Positions 19,793 through 33,447 of a DNA stretch of 46,408 bases are shown here, in pieces. The notes under the pieces were generated by a model. It ran no database searches and was not told where the DNA came from. It saw only the letters and a program-made list of their open reading frames with translations. This stretch comes from Alphaproteobacteria bacterium (GTDB taxonomy: Bacteria; Pseudomonadota; Alphaproteobacteria; JBFXJJ01): NCBI GenBank assembly GCA_050175015.1, contig JBFXJJ010000017.1:1-46408 (forward strand), in the 5' to 3' direction. How positions within the stretch are numbered: position 1 is the stretch's first letter; each line of letters starts with the position of its first letter. The position numbers and the translations under genes were made by a program.

Positions 19793-21205
19793 ATGAATTT
19801 TAAGCAGTTAGATATCGGAGTTATCCATTTTGTCGGTATTGGCGGTATTGGTATGAGCGGTATTGCCGAAATTATGCATAATATGGGATACAAAGTTCAA
19901 GGGTCAGATGTTTCCCGCAACAACAATGTGATAAGACTTGAAAAGCTCGGTATTAAAATTTTTATCGAACAAACCGCTGATAATATTAAAGATGCTGAAA
20001 TTTTAGTTATATCTTCTGCAATAAAAGATGATAACCCTGAAGTAATTGCAGCCCGCAAAAAATTGATTCCAATATTAGGCAGAGCCGATATGCTAGCTGA
20101 ACTTATGCGCCTAAAAGCATCAGTTGCTATCGCTGGAACTCACGGCAAAACAACGACAACATCTCTTGTTGCTGCCCTCTTTGATAGAGCTGGTTTAGAT
20201 CCGACGATTGTAAATGGCGGCATTATTAATTCTTTTGCTTCCAACGCCAGACTCGGTTCTGGAAATTGGCTTATTGCCGAAGCCGATGAATCTGACGGCA
20301 GTTTTACTAAACTCCCTGCAACGATTGCAGTTGTTACCAATATAGATCCTGAACATATGGATTTTTACGGTGATTTTGATAACCTTAAGAGTGCTTTCAC
20401 CTCTTTTATCAAAAACGTACCCCTGCACGGATTTGCCTGCCTTTGCATTGACCACCCTGTGGTTCAATCACTAATTCCAGAAATGTCAGAACATAGAATT
20501 ATAACTTATGGTTTCAGCCCTCAAGCAAACGTTAGAGCCATTGATGTTGAACAAACCTCTAAAGGCAGCACCTACAATATTATTATTAGTGATAACAACA
20601 GTGAAAACAGTCTGTTTTTAAGAGACGTCTTCCTGCCAATTCCAGGGAAACATAATGTTTTAAACTCTCTTGCCGCCATTGCTATTGCTCATAAGCTCGA
20701 TTTTGATATGAAGCTTGTAAAAGATGCCCTCTCAAAGTTTTCTGGGGTTAAAAGACGCTTTACCAAAACAGGCGAAACTAACGGCATTTCAATTATTGAC
20801 GATTATGGTCATCACCCGACAGAAATTATGGCAACATTAAAAGCTGCAAGAAGTGTTACCGAAAATAAAGTGATTGCTGTATGGCAGCCTCACCGTTACT
20901 CGAGGGTAAAAAATCTTTTTGATGATTTTTGCAAATGTTTCAATGATGCCGACACCGTTATCATAACCGACATTTACAAAGCTGGAGAAACTGAAACCTT
21001 TAATCTTAGCAAACACGAACTAGCAAAAGGACTTACGGCTCACGGACATCGCAATGTTATAGTGTTAGAAGATGAGAATAATTTAGCTAAAATAATCAAT
21101 GAAAACGCCCAAAAAGGTGACTTTGTTATCTGTCTTGGGGCTGGAAGTATTACTTATCTTGCAGAAAAACTGCCTCAACAAATTGAAGATTTATCAAAAA
21201 ATTAA
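19793..21205 (+). CDS. murC: UDP-N-acetylmuramate--L-alanine ligase
   Basis: GIGGIGMSGIA, GTHGKTTTTS, EADESDGSF, DDYGHHPTEI, QPHRYSR. Confidence 0.98.
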   Translation: MNFKQLDIGVIHFVGIGGIGMSGIAEIMHNMGYKVQGSDVSRNNNVIRLEKLGIKIFIEQTADNIKDAEILVISSAIKDDNPEVIAARKKLIPILGRADMLAELMRLKASVAIAGTHGKTTTTSLVAALFDRAGLDPTIVNGGIINSFASNARLGSGNWLIAEADESDGSFTKLPATIAVVTNIDPEHMDFYGDFDNLKSAFTSFIKNVPLHGFACLCIDHPVVQSLIPEMSEHRIITYGFSPQANVRAIDVEQTSKGSTYNIIISDNNSENSLFLRDVFLPIPGKHNVLNSLAAIAIAHKLDFDMKLVKDALSKFSGVKRRFTKTGETNGISIIDDYGHHPTEIMATLKAARSVTENKVIAVWQPHRYSRVKNLFDDFCKCFNDADTVIITDIYKAGETETFNLSKHELAKGLTAHGHRNVIVLEDENNLAKIINENAQKGDFVICLGAGSITYLAEKLPQQIEDLSKN

Positions 21206-21231
21206 AAAATAAAAAACAAAGAGAAAAATAA

Positions 21232-22182
21232 ATGTCACTTTTTAGAATCAGAGGAACTAAATTAATTGATTTGCTACCTAAAACCAAAGGCAGCCTAATC
21301 GAAAGTGCCCCTTTGAGCGACTTAACTTGGTTCGGTGTTGGGGGCCCTGCCGAAGTTATGTTTCGTCCTTTTGATGAAAATGACCTTATTAATTTTTTAA
21401 AAAACAAACCTCGCAATATTGCGGTCACCGTTATCGGTGTTGGTTCTAATATCTTGATTAGAGATGGAGGCGTGCCAGGAGTAGTCCTGAGGCTTGGAAC
21501 CCCATTCACTAAACATCAAATAAATGGTGATACAATCAAATGCGGCGCCTCGGCTCTTAACATAAACATAGCTAAAGAGGCTATGAAAAACGGCATTGCA
21601 GGATTAGAGTTTTTATCAGGAATACCTGGCACAATCGGCGGTTCTTTAAAAATGAATGCTGGCGCATTTAACAAAGAAATCAAAGATATCTTAGTATCAG
21701 TAACAATAATTGATTCTACAGGAAAAAAACACGAACTAGGCGTAGACGATATAGGTTTTGCATATCGAAAATGCCTTGTTCCTAACGATTGGATTTTTAG
21801 TTCTGCGGTATTAAGAGGTTATAAAGAAAATCCTGATATAATTGCTACGAAGATGCAGGAATATCGGAAAAAAAGAGAAGAAACCCAGCCTATTGGTATG
21901 AGAACTGGTGGTTCGACATTTAAAAACCCAGAAGGTCTTAAGGCTTGGAAGCTGATTGATAAAGCCGGTTGCCGAGGTCTTAGACACGGAGGAGCTATTA
22001 TTTCCGAGAAACACTGCAACTTTATTATTAATACTGGAGGAGCGACAGCTCTTGATATCGAAGAGCTTGGCGAAGAAGTTAGGAAAAGAGTAAAGGCTGT
22101 TAATTTCATTGAATTAGAATGGGAAATAAGACGTATTGGAGTTAAAAATCCTAAAGACAGCAGCTTTGGAGGAATGCGATGA
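21232..22182 (+). CDS. murB: UDP-N-acetylenolpyruvoylglucosamine reductase
   Basis: GGPAE, GVGSNIL, GIPGTIGG, MNAGA, GGSTFKNP, HCNFIIN. Confidence 0.97.
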   Translation: MSLFRIRGTKLIDLLPKTKGSLIESAPLSDLTWFGVGGPAEVMFRPFDENDLINFLKNKPRNIAVTVIGVGSNILIRDGGVPGVVLRLGTPFTKHQINGDTIKCGASALNINIAKEAMKNGIAGLEFLSGIPGTIGGSLKMNAGAFNKEIKDILVSVTIIDSTGKKHELGVDDIGFAYRKCLVPNDWIFSSAVLRGYKENPDIIATKMQEYRKKREETQPIGMRTGGSTFKNPEGLKAWKLIDKAGCRGLRHGGAIISEKHCNFIINTGGATALDIEELGEEVRKRVKAVNFIELEWEIRRIGVKNPKDSSFGGMR

Positions 22183-23030
22183 CCGAAAAACCTTTTAGGA
22201 GGGCTACTGATATAAACCTTCCTTTAAAGCTCATTCTTAACAGGCTGATAGGCATTGCCCTATTCTTAAGTGCAGCTTTTTTAACAGGCAGTCTTACTTG
22301 GGTTATAAAGTCAGGATATATTGAAGCTTTTTCTACTAAAACCATTGAAACTACTAAAGATTTTTCTCAAAAAGCAGGCTTTAAGCTAGATGAGGTATTG
22401 GTACAAGGCCGAAGACGGACCGATCCTGCGGTTTTTTTACGGACAGTTGCTCTAAAAAGAGGAACGCCAATTATGTCGATTGATATAATTGCCTTAAAAG
22501 ACCGTGTCGAGACAATGCCTTGGGTTAATAAAGCAATTGTTGAACGCAAGCTGCCCAATATTATCCATATTGTACTTGAAGAAAGAGAACCGATTGCTCT
22601 TTGGCAAAATGATGGGAAATTTATGCCAATCGATACTAACGGCAATGTTATCAATGTCAAAATTGACCGCCTCACCTACCTGCCGATTGTGGTTGGCGAA
22701 AATGCTCCAGCTCAAACCGCAGAGCTTCTAAATGAATTAAAAATTGAACCCGAGCTAAAAGAAAGAGTAAAGGCTGCTATTCTGGTAGGGGATAGAAGAT
22801 GGAATATTATGCTTGATGATATAGATAAGGGGATATCAATAAAACTTCCAGAAGAAAATGCTGATAAAGCTTGGTCTCGCTTGGCTAAACTAGACAAACA
22901 GCAACAGATTCTTAAACGCAAACTAACAATGATAGATTTAAGACTGCCAGATAAAATGATTGTAAAATTCTCTGGCGATGTTAAAGACATCAATTTTGAT
23001 GATGAAACTAAAAAAGGACGGCGTACTTAA
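22179..23030 (+). CDS. ftsQ: Cell division protein FtsQ
   Basis: TM segment, POTRA region (PWV...VERKLP), ALWQ, RRWN, IDLRLPDK; overlaps the murB stop (ATGA). Confidence 0.93.
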   Translation: MTEKPFRRATDINLPLKLILNRLIGIALFLSAAFLTGSLTWVIKSGYIEAFSTKTIETTKDFSQKAGFKLDEVLVQGRRRTDPAVFLRTVALKRGTPIMSIDIIALKDRVETMPWVNKAIVERKLPNIIHIVLEEREPIALWQNDGKFMPIDTNGNVINVKIDRLTYLPIVVGENAPAQTAELLNELKIEPELKERVKAAILVGDRRWNIMLDDIDKGISIKLPEENADKAWSRLAKLDKQQQILKRKLTMIDLRLPDKMIVKFSGDVKDINFDDETKKGRRT

Positions 23031-23058
23031 AAAAACGCTAAATTGAAAGAAACAAAAC

Positions 23059-24309
23059 TTGGCAAGAAACGAAATAAAAAACGGCATAATAGCTGCCCTT
23101 GATATTGGAAGCTCTAAGGTTTGCTGCGCAATAGCTCAAATCGATAAAAACTTTAATGCCAAAATTATTGGTTTCGGACACAACCTGTCAAAAGGTATAA
23201 AAAACGGCATTATCGTTGATATGGCAGAAGCTAAAAATGCCATAGCTCGAGCCGTCGAAGCTGCTGAATATGTTGCTGGTCTCAGAGTTGATTCGGTCTT
23301 TGTTAATATTTCCAGTTCTAGATTGCAATCTTCTATCATCAAAGCTGAAATGTCTTTGAGCAATAAGCCGATTGCCGAAAATGATATAAAAAAACTGGTT
23401 GAAAAAGGTCTTTATCGTCTTGATATTGGCGATTCTGAACTTTTGCACTGTATTCCAATCGGCTATTCAATTGACGGCGAAGATGCCGTTGCCGATCCTC
23501 GTGGTATGTATGGCTCATCTTTAGGAGTAAATATTCATACAATTACACACCCGTCAGCTCCGATTAAAAATTTAGAAACGGTTATTGAGAGCTGCCATTT
23601 AGATATTGCTATGAAAATCGCCACGCCTTATGCTTCTGGACTTGCAACCTTGGTTGATGACGAGAAAGAGCTGGGCGGAACGATTATTGACATTGGAAGC
23701 GGCTTAACCAACATTGCAGTCTTTAATAACGGTCATATAGTTCACGCTGGAAGTATTGCGGTCGGCGGTCAGAATATAACCCAAGATTTAGCTTGGGGTT
23801 TAACAACTTCTTTATCACAAGCAGAAAGGTTAAAAACCCTTTATGGCGGAGCAATATCATCTCCGAAAGACAATCGTGAAATGATAAAAATATTTCCAAT
23901 TGGTGAGGAAGATGAAACCTTAGTTAAAAATTTAGCGAAATCTGAAATCAACAATATCATCATTCCCCGTATAGAAGAAACAATGGAACTTGTTTTGCTT
24001 CATTTAAAAGAAAATAATTTATACGATATACCGAGCCATCGTGTTGTCTTAACTGGTGGCTGCAGTTTGATTCAGGGAATTAGAGAAAAAGCGTCATATA
24101 TTTTAAACCGCCAAGTCAGAATTGGCAATGTTATTGACATTACAGGTATGCCTAAAAATGCCAAAAGCCCAGAATTTGCAACCTGTATCGGCCTATTAAA
24201 TTTCGCCATAAAATCAAATATGATAAAACCAGAAAAACCGTCAGTATCGTTTCACAGTGTAACAAGTCCTTTTGAAAAATTAGGACAATGGCTTTTTCAA
24301 AGCAGTTAA
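23059..24309 (+). CDS. ftsA: Cell division protein FtsA
   Basis: ALDIGSSKV, IDIGSGLT, AERLKTLYG, VVLTGG, and a C-terminal amphipathic helix. Confidence 0.96.
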   Translation: MARNEIKNGIIAALDIGSSKVCCAIAQIDKNFNAKIIGFGHNLSKGIKNGIIVDMAEAKNAIARAVEAAEYVAGLRVDSVFVNISSSRLQSSIIKAEMSLSNKPIAENDIKKLVEKGLYRLDIGDSELLHCIPIGYSIDGEDAVADPRGMYGSSLGVNIHTITHPSAPIKNLETVIESCHLDIAMKIATPYASGLATLVDDEKELGGTIIDIGSGLTNIAVFNNGHIVHAGSIAVGGQNITQDLAWGLTTSLSQAERLKTLYGGAISSPKDNREMIKIFPIGEEDETLVKNLAKSEINNIIIPRIEETMELVLLHLKENNLYDIPSHRVVLTGGCSLIQGIREKASYILNRQVRIGNVIDITGMPKNAKSPEFATCIGLLNFAIKSNMIKPEKPSVSFHSVTSPFEKLGQWLFQSS

Positions 24310-24423
24310 ATTTAATAAAAAATGAATCTTGTTAAGATATTTTTTACTTTAAACATTATAAAACTATAGTTAATGCCATTTTTAGGCAAATTTAAGGATT
24401 AAAAAAAGATTGGAGAACTCCCT

Positions 24424-26184
24424 ATGATAAAAATTAGCGTTCCAGAGAATATCACCACTCAAATAACTCCCAAAATTACAGTAATAGGCGTTGGCGGTGC
24501 TGGCGGTAACGCTGTTAACAATATGATTGCTTCAAAACTTGAAGGTGTAGAATTCATTGTGGCAAATACTGATGCTCAAGCGCTTTCTTTAGCCAAAACA
24601 GATAGAAGAATTCAACTTGGAGCACAGACAACACAAGGATTGGGAGCGGGAGCAAAACCTGAAATTGGCAAAGAAGCTGCTGTTGAAGCTATTGATGAGA
24701 TTATTGAAGAAATTCAAGGCTCTAATATGGTATTCATTACTGCTGGAATGGGTGGCGGAACGGGTACTGGTGCGGCTCCTGTCATTGCCAAAGCAGCTAA
24801 AGAACATAATATTCTAACCGTAGGTGTTATTACCAAACCTTTCCAATTTGAAGGCATAAGGCGTATGGCCCTTGCTGAGGCAGGCATTGAAGAACTTGCT
24901 ATGCACGTTGACACCTTAATCGTTATACCTAATCAAAATTTGTTCCGTGTTGCCAACGAGAAAACAACCTTTGCTGATGCTTTTAAAATGGCCGATGATG
25001 TTTTGCACGCTGGCATTAGAAGCGTTACAGATCTTATGATTATGCCAGGTTTAATCAATCTTGATTTTGCTGACGTCAGGACTGTAATGGCAGAAATGGG
25101 TAAAGCTATGATGGGAACTGGCGAAGCCGAAGGTGAAGGCAGAGCAATTAAAGCTGCGGAAATGGCTATAGCTAATCCTCTGCTTGATGATACTTCTATG
25201 GCTGGCGCTAAGGGTGTTCTTATTAACATTACTGGCGGAATGGACTTAACACTATTTGAAGTTGATGAAGCTGCCAATAGAATTCGTGATGAGGTTGACC
25301 CTGATGCCAATATCATATTTGGTTCTTGTTTTGATGAAAACTTGCAAGGCAAGATGAGAGTTTCCGTTGTTGCAACAGGAATTAACACCGAAAAAAAGTC
25401 TGAGGATTCATCTCCTTACGCTTTTAAAGTAGACGGGGCAGCAAGAAGTGCAAGCAGTTCTAAAGCTAGCGAAAAGACTGACCGTCCAGTTGGCGTTAAC
25501 TCAATAAACAATATCTTTGCCGTAAAAACTATGCCGCAAGTAACAATCGCTCCAGAAAAGCCGATTGAAAACGCATCTAATGTTTTGCCTGTTATGCCCA
25601 AAGCATCAAGTGCTTTTGCGGTCATACGAAATGGCGGCCAAGAAAACAATATATCGAATCACAAAGATGACAATGTCTTTAAGCCCAAAATTTTGTCAGT
25701 AGATGAAGAAAAAAGCATTGAGCCTCCTGCAAGTATTGCAGAACCGGAACGCCACGAGCCTAACTTGGATATTTCCCATTCTGTAGAAACAACCAATGTT
25801 CAAGCAAAAGAAAAAACGGCATCTGAGGTAAAACCTACTCAGGGAGAATTCTTCATTCCTCCTGCTCCAGAGGTACCAGCTCACCGCAGCCACCTTGCTT
25901 ACCGTGAAAACATTGAAGCGAATAAAGATGATCATACGCAAGAAAGTCATAAACACGAAGAGCACGATGACGAAAAAGATCGCTCAAGGAATATCTTCGA
26001 AAGAGTTACTGGTCTTTCAATTATTAGAAAAGCACGTAATGAAGAGCTTGCCAAACAGGAAGCCCAGCTTAATCATCAACATCAAGAAGGCAGTCTTACG
26101 GTTTCAACCGAACCTAAAACAACGTCTTCATTTAACAGTGACGATTTAGAAATACCATCTTTCTTAAGAAGAAAATCGACTTAA
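24424..26184 (+). CDS. ftsZ: Cell division protein FtsZ (long alphaproteobacterial linker)
   Basis: GGGTGTG signature, INLDFADV, C-terminal [11 protein letters not shown]. Confidence 0.99.
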   Translation: MIKISVPENITTQITPKITVIGVGGAGGNAVNNMIASKLEGVEFIVANTDAQALSLAKTDRRIQLGAQTTQGLGAGAKPEIGKEAAVEAIDEIIEEIQGSNMVFITAGMGGGTGTGAAPVIAKAAKEHNILTVGVITKPFQFEGIRRMALAEAGIEELAMHVDTLIVIPNQNLFRVANEKTTFADAFKMADDVLHAGIRSVTDLMIMPGLINLDFADVRTVMAEMGKAMMGTGEAEGEGRAIKAAEMAIANPLLDDTSMAGAKGVLINITGGMDLTLFEVDEAANRIRDEVDPDANIIFGSCFDENLQGKMRVSVVATGINTEKKSEDSSPYAFKVDGAARSASSSKASEKTDRPVGVNSINNIFAVKTMPQVTIAPEKPIENASNVLPVMPKASSAFAVIRNGGQENNISNHKDDNVFKPKILSVDEEKSIEPPASIAEPERHEPNLDISHSVETTNVQAKEKTASEVKPTQGEFFIPPAPEVPAHRSHLAYRENIEANKDDHTQESHKHEEHDDEKDRSRNIFERVTGLSIIRKARNEELAKQEAQLNHQHQEGSLTVSTEPKTTSSFNSDDLEIPSFLRRKST

Positions 26185-26211
26185 GAAAAATCTAAAAATT
26201 AAAATGGCTAT

Positions 26212-26244
26212 AAAAAAACCCCAATTTCTAAAATTGGGGTTTTT
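26212..26244. terminator. Bidirectional intrinsic terminator between convergent genes
   Basis: AAAAA-ACCCCAATTT cta AAATTGGGGT-TTTT. Confidence 0.85.
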
Positions 26245-26303
26245 ATTTACGAAAAAGTTTTCATTTTACTCTTATAAAAACATATTAATAAATACTGTAA
26301 ATC

Positions 26304-27167
26304 TCAAGGATTCATATACGGCACAGTTGCAATATTATTATTAACTACAGGATCATTAATAACGATATAATCAATTTTATCACTATGAATTCCCAAAATT
26401 CTAATATCAACGCCACCGACACTTATCAAAGATGTATTTTTATCATAAGCAAAGGTTTGATAAATCCCGCTCTGGAAACTGCCATCGCTGAAATTAGGAG
26501 CATAAACGTTATGAGTATTATCCATAAGGGTTATATAAAACTTATTATTTCTTATACCAGAATAAATAATCTCGAAATCGCTTAATGTCATATGGTCAAC
26601 GCCGTGTTCTGCAACAGCTTGAACAATCATTGTATTAGCAGGAAATGGAACATAAATATAGTTGATTACGTGAACTCTGCCAGATTTCAATCTGACTACT
26701 CTGCCTGAAAATGTAGAATTTTTTGTAATCAAAACACCTTCGTCGTCTTTTATCTGCATAACATCAAAAGTTTCACCATCAACCACCATTGTCCCGATTA
26801 AATCATAAATAACATCTTTAGAAATATAGATTTCTTCTGCACCGCCTTTAAGAACAACATCTTCAGTTGGGCGAACCTTATCATATCTAACAAAATTAGT
26901 ATCTCTTTGCACATTCATTCTAAAGCTGACCATAGGCTGCCCGATATATGCTACATTTTGAGTACCAATAGAATAGTTTTTCTCAACATAAGGCTGCTCT
27001 GAAACTTCTTGCTCTGTTGGCGCATAAGGTGTTATTTTATGCTGCAAGGTTGGAAACATATAATAATCAAGCCTGCCGTTGCTTTGCTTTAAAGCAAAAG
27101 GATCACAAGCTGTGAGCATCATCAAAGCAAAAAAAACATAAGATTTTTTTATAAAAGATGTTATCAT
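26304..27167 (-). CDS. Hypothetical lipoprotein
   Basis: 287-aa ORF; basic N-region, hydrophobic core, lipobox LTA-C. Confidence 0.75.
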   Translation of the reverse strand: MITSFIKKSYVFFALMMLTACDPFALKQSNGRLDYYMFPTLQHKITPYAPTEQEVSEQPYVEKNYSIGTQNVAYIGQPMVSFRMNVQRDTNFVRYDKVRPTEDVVLKGGAEEIYISKDVIYDLIGTMVVDGETFDVMQIKDDEGVLITKNSTFSGRVVRLKSGRVHVINYIYVPFPANTMIVQAVAEHGVDHMTLSDFEIIYSGIRNNKFYITLMDNTHNVYAPNFSDGSFQSGIYQTFAYDKNTSLISVGGVDIRILGIHSDKIDYIVINDPVVNNNIATVPYMNP

Positions 27168-27204
27168 TGCGTTTTTACCATCGTAGATTCAAAGGTTTAC
27201 AAAA

Positions 27205-28161
27205 TTGAATAATATCAAAAAAAGACATTGGAAAACAACAATTATAATTCCAGATTATGCAATATCTACTTTTGAAAATATTTCTAGTCTCAAGGATTGT
27301 GCCATACTTATTTCAGAAATAGAAGAAGGAATTAATAAAAACAAGTGGCAAATGGAAATAATAACTCCTGAAAAGCCGGATTTAAGCAATCTGGATTTAG
27401 CAATTACTTTAGCTGCCAAGGCCTGCAACCTTGAAAAACCTTCTTATGATGTTACTTCCTTTGAAGATAAAGACTGGCTAACAGAAAGTCTTGCTTCTTT
27501 TCCTCCAGTCTATGCTGGAAGATTTTTTGTTTATGGCTCGCACGAAAAAACTCCGCCGCCAAGAGCAATGTTTCCTATAAAAATTGATGCAGCGACAGCA
27601 TTTGGTTCAGGAGAGCATCACACAACAAAGGGGTGCCTGATTGCCTTATGCCAACTCAATAAAAAATATAAATTCCGCAGAATTTTAGATATGGGCTGTG
27701 GTTCTGGAATTTTATCTTTTGGAGCTGCCCACTTATGGCGCACGGCTTCAATAAATGCTGTTGATAACGATTCCGAAGCCGTCAGAGTTACCATAAACAG
27801 CGCCAAGAAAAATCATTTGCAACATCATATCAAATCATTTGTAGGTGATGGCTACAAGAAAACACCAATATGTTATAAAAATAAAAAATATGATCTAATC
27901 ATTGCTAATATTTTAGCAAAACCATTATCACTTATGGCTAAATCATTGAACTCTCATTTAAACAGAGGGGGCTATGCCGTCCTCTCGGGGCTACTTAACC
28001 GCCAAGAAAATTGGGTTTTAAGTTCACACTATATGACAGGATTAAAACTTGTAAAAAGAATCCGCATTAATGGCTGGTCAACACTAGTTATTGCCAAACC
28101 TAATTTGGCACCTAGTAAACCTATCCCAAAATCAAAAACTAACAAACTAAAGAGGAAATAA
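27205..28161 (+). CDS. prmA: Ribosomal protein L11 methyltransferase
   Basis: DWL, AFGSGEHHTTKGC, LDMGCGSGIL, ANILAKPL, LSGLL. TTG start uncertain. Confidence 0.92.
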   Translation: MNNIKKRHWKTTIIIPDYAISTFENISSLKDCAILISEIEEGINKNKWQMEIITPEKPDLSNLDLAITLAAKACNLEKPSYDVTSFEDKDWLTESLASFPPVYAGRFFVYGSHEKTPPPRAMFPIKIDAATAFGSGEHHTTKGCLIALCQLNKKYKFRRILDMGCGSGILSFGAAHLWRTASINAVDNDSEAVRVTINSAKKNHLQHHIKSFVGDGYKKTPICYKNKKYDLIIANILAKPLSLMAKSLNSHLNRGGYAVLSGLLNRQENWVLSSHYMTGLKLVKRIRINGWSTLVIAKPNLAPSKPIPKSKTNKLKRK

Positions 28162-28608
28162 ATGCTTAAAAATATTAATACTCTGCTTACTCCTGAATTG
28201 CTTTATGTTTTGCAATCTATGGGACACGGCGATGAAATTGTTTTGTGTGATGCCAATTTTCCTGCCTATTCTATAGCCGCTGAAACGGTTTATGGTGAAG
28301 TAATTCGTCTTGATGGCGCAGATGCTCCAAGCGTTGCTAAAGCCATTTTATCAGTTATGCCTCTTGATACCTTTGTTAAAGATGCTGCTTTTGGTATGGA
28401 AGTTGTCGGAAATCCTGATGAAGTTCCCGAAGTGCAAAGGCTGGTTCAAAAAGAAATTGATGAAGCCGAACCTAATTTTCGTCTTGCTCCTATTGAAAGA
28501 ATGGCTTTTTATGAAAGATCTAAAAAAGCTTATGCCGTAGTTGCAAGTAGTGAACGTAGGCTTTACGGCTGCTTTATTTTCAAAAAAGGCGTCGTTCCAC
28601 CAAAATAA
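28162..28608 (+). CDS. RbsD/FucU-family sugar mutarotase
   Basis: MGHGDEIVLCDANFP, PLDTF, FYERSKKAYAVV, YGCFIFKKGV. Confidence 0.9.
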   Translation: MLKNINTLLTPELLYVLQSMGHGDEIVLCDANFPAYSIAAETVYGEVIRLDGADAPSVAKAILSVMPLDTFVKDAAFGMEVVGNPDEVPEVQRLVQKEIDEAEPNFRLAPIERMAFYERSKKAYAVVASSERRLYGCFIFKKGVVPPK

Positions 28609-28858
28609 ATCTTTGCTTTAAACACCTATTTTATAATCGCTATACCTTACGAAATGGAATGGCTTTCATTTATAAAACTTAGATTATCTATCAAAAGTTT
28701 CACCTTTGCTTTTACCAAAAGCGAAGTCGCCTGCAAAGCTTGCCGCAAGGCAAAACTAAAAGACTTACAATAAATGAATTTTGCTCTATTTTATGAATAT
28801 TTTTAAACTGCCATACAATTTAGAAAAGTAACAAATAAACCATCTTAAAAGATGAGGT

Positions 28859-32613
<3,755 letters not shown>

Positions 32614-32628
32614 ATGTTTTCTCCTTGC

Positions 32629-33426
32629 CTAAAAAGACCAGCCAAACCATTTGCTCTTGCCACCAGTTCCTCTAGATTGCCCCATTTCAACCAGCCAATA
32701 GGAAATTTGATACCATTCACTACCAGGAAAATTATACCCTAAAACCGCAGCTGCGTTTTTTGCCTCTTCAACTAGCCCAAGAGACGTATAAGCCTCTGCC
32801 ATACGGTAAAGAGCTTCAGGAACGTGAGTCGTTGTTTGATAATCGGTAATTACTTTTTGAAATCGATTAATCGCTGCGATATATTGTCCCTGTCTTAAAT
32901 AGTAACGACCAATATCCATTTCCTTACCAGCCAAGTGATCAAAAGCTAAATCCCTTTTCAATTTAGCATCCTTGGAATATTCACTATCAGGAAATCTTTT
33001 AATAACTTCATCTAAGGCATCAAAAGACTGCTGTGTAATTTTTTGGTCTCTTTTAACATCAGAAATCTGGTCATAATAACAAAGCGCTTTTAAGTAATAG
33101 GCATAAGAGACATCTTTATTTCCTGGGTGCAGTTGAATATATCTATCAAGCGCTATGATAGCATCGTCGTACTTCCTTGCTTGATACCAAGAATAAGCCG
33201 ACATCAACTGAGCCTTAGTTGCCCATTCAGAATAAGGGTGCTGCCTCTCGACCTCGTCAAAAGCTTTCGCGGCACCTTCATAATTTTTGCCATCAATTAA
33301 CTTGGCAGCATCATCATAAAGAGTGGTTACCGGCTGTTCGACATATTCTTCCTTTGGCTTTGATTTGCAAGAAGCAATTAAAACCATTAAAGAACATAAA
33401 AGAATTTTAAAAAATATTTTTCTCAT
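32629..33426 (-). CDS. bamD: Outer membrane assembly lipoprotein BamD
   Basis: Lipobox IAS-C, TPR repeats, EVERQHPYSEW, AVLGYNFPGSEWY. Confidence 0.96.
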   Translation of the reverse strand: MRKIFFKILLCSLMVLIASCKSKPKEEYVEQPVTTLYDDAAKLIDGKNYEGAAKAFDEVERQHPYSEWATKAQLMSAYSWYQARKYDDAIIALDRYIQLHPGNKDVSYAYYLKALCYYDQISDVKRDQKITQQSFDALDEVIKRFPDSEYSKDAKLKRDLAFDHLAGKEMDIGRYYLRQGQYIAAINRFQKVITDYQTTTHVPEALYRMAEAYTSLGLVEEAKNAAAVLGYNFPGSEWYQISYWLVEMGQSRGTGGKSKWFGWSF

Positions 33427-33447
33427 AACAACAATATCTATAAAAGA

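Noticed and set aside
24331-24385. CtrA-like sites upstream of ftsZ
   Set aside because: Both are TTAA-N7-TTTA with a mismatch in very AT-rich DNA; too weak to call.
25381-26140. Long low-complexity insertion in FtsZ
   Set aside because: Extended C-terminal linkers are normal for alphaproteobacterial FtsZ.
28727-28760. GCAAA motifs as a cyclic-di-GMP riboswitch
   Set aside because: Helix order does not match the aptamer, and the site lies between two gene 3' ends.
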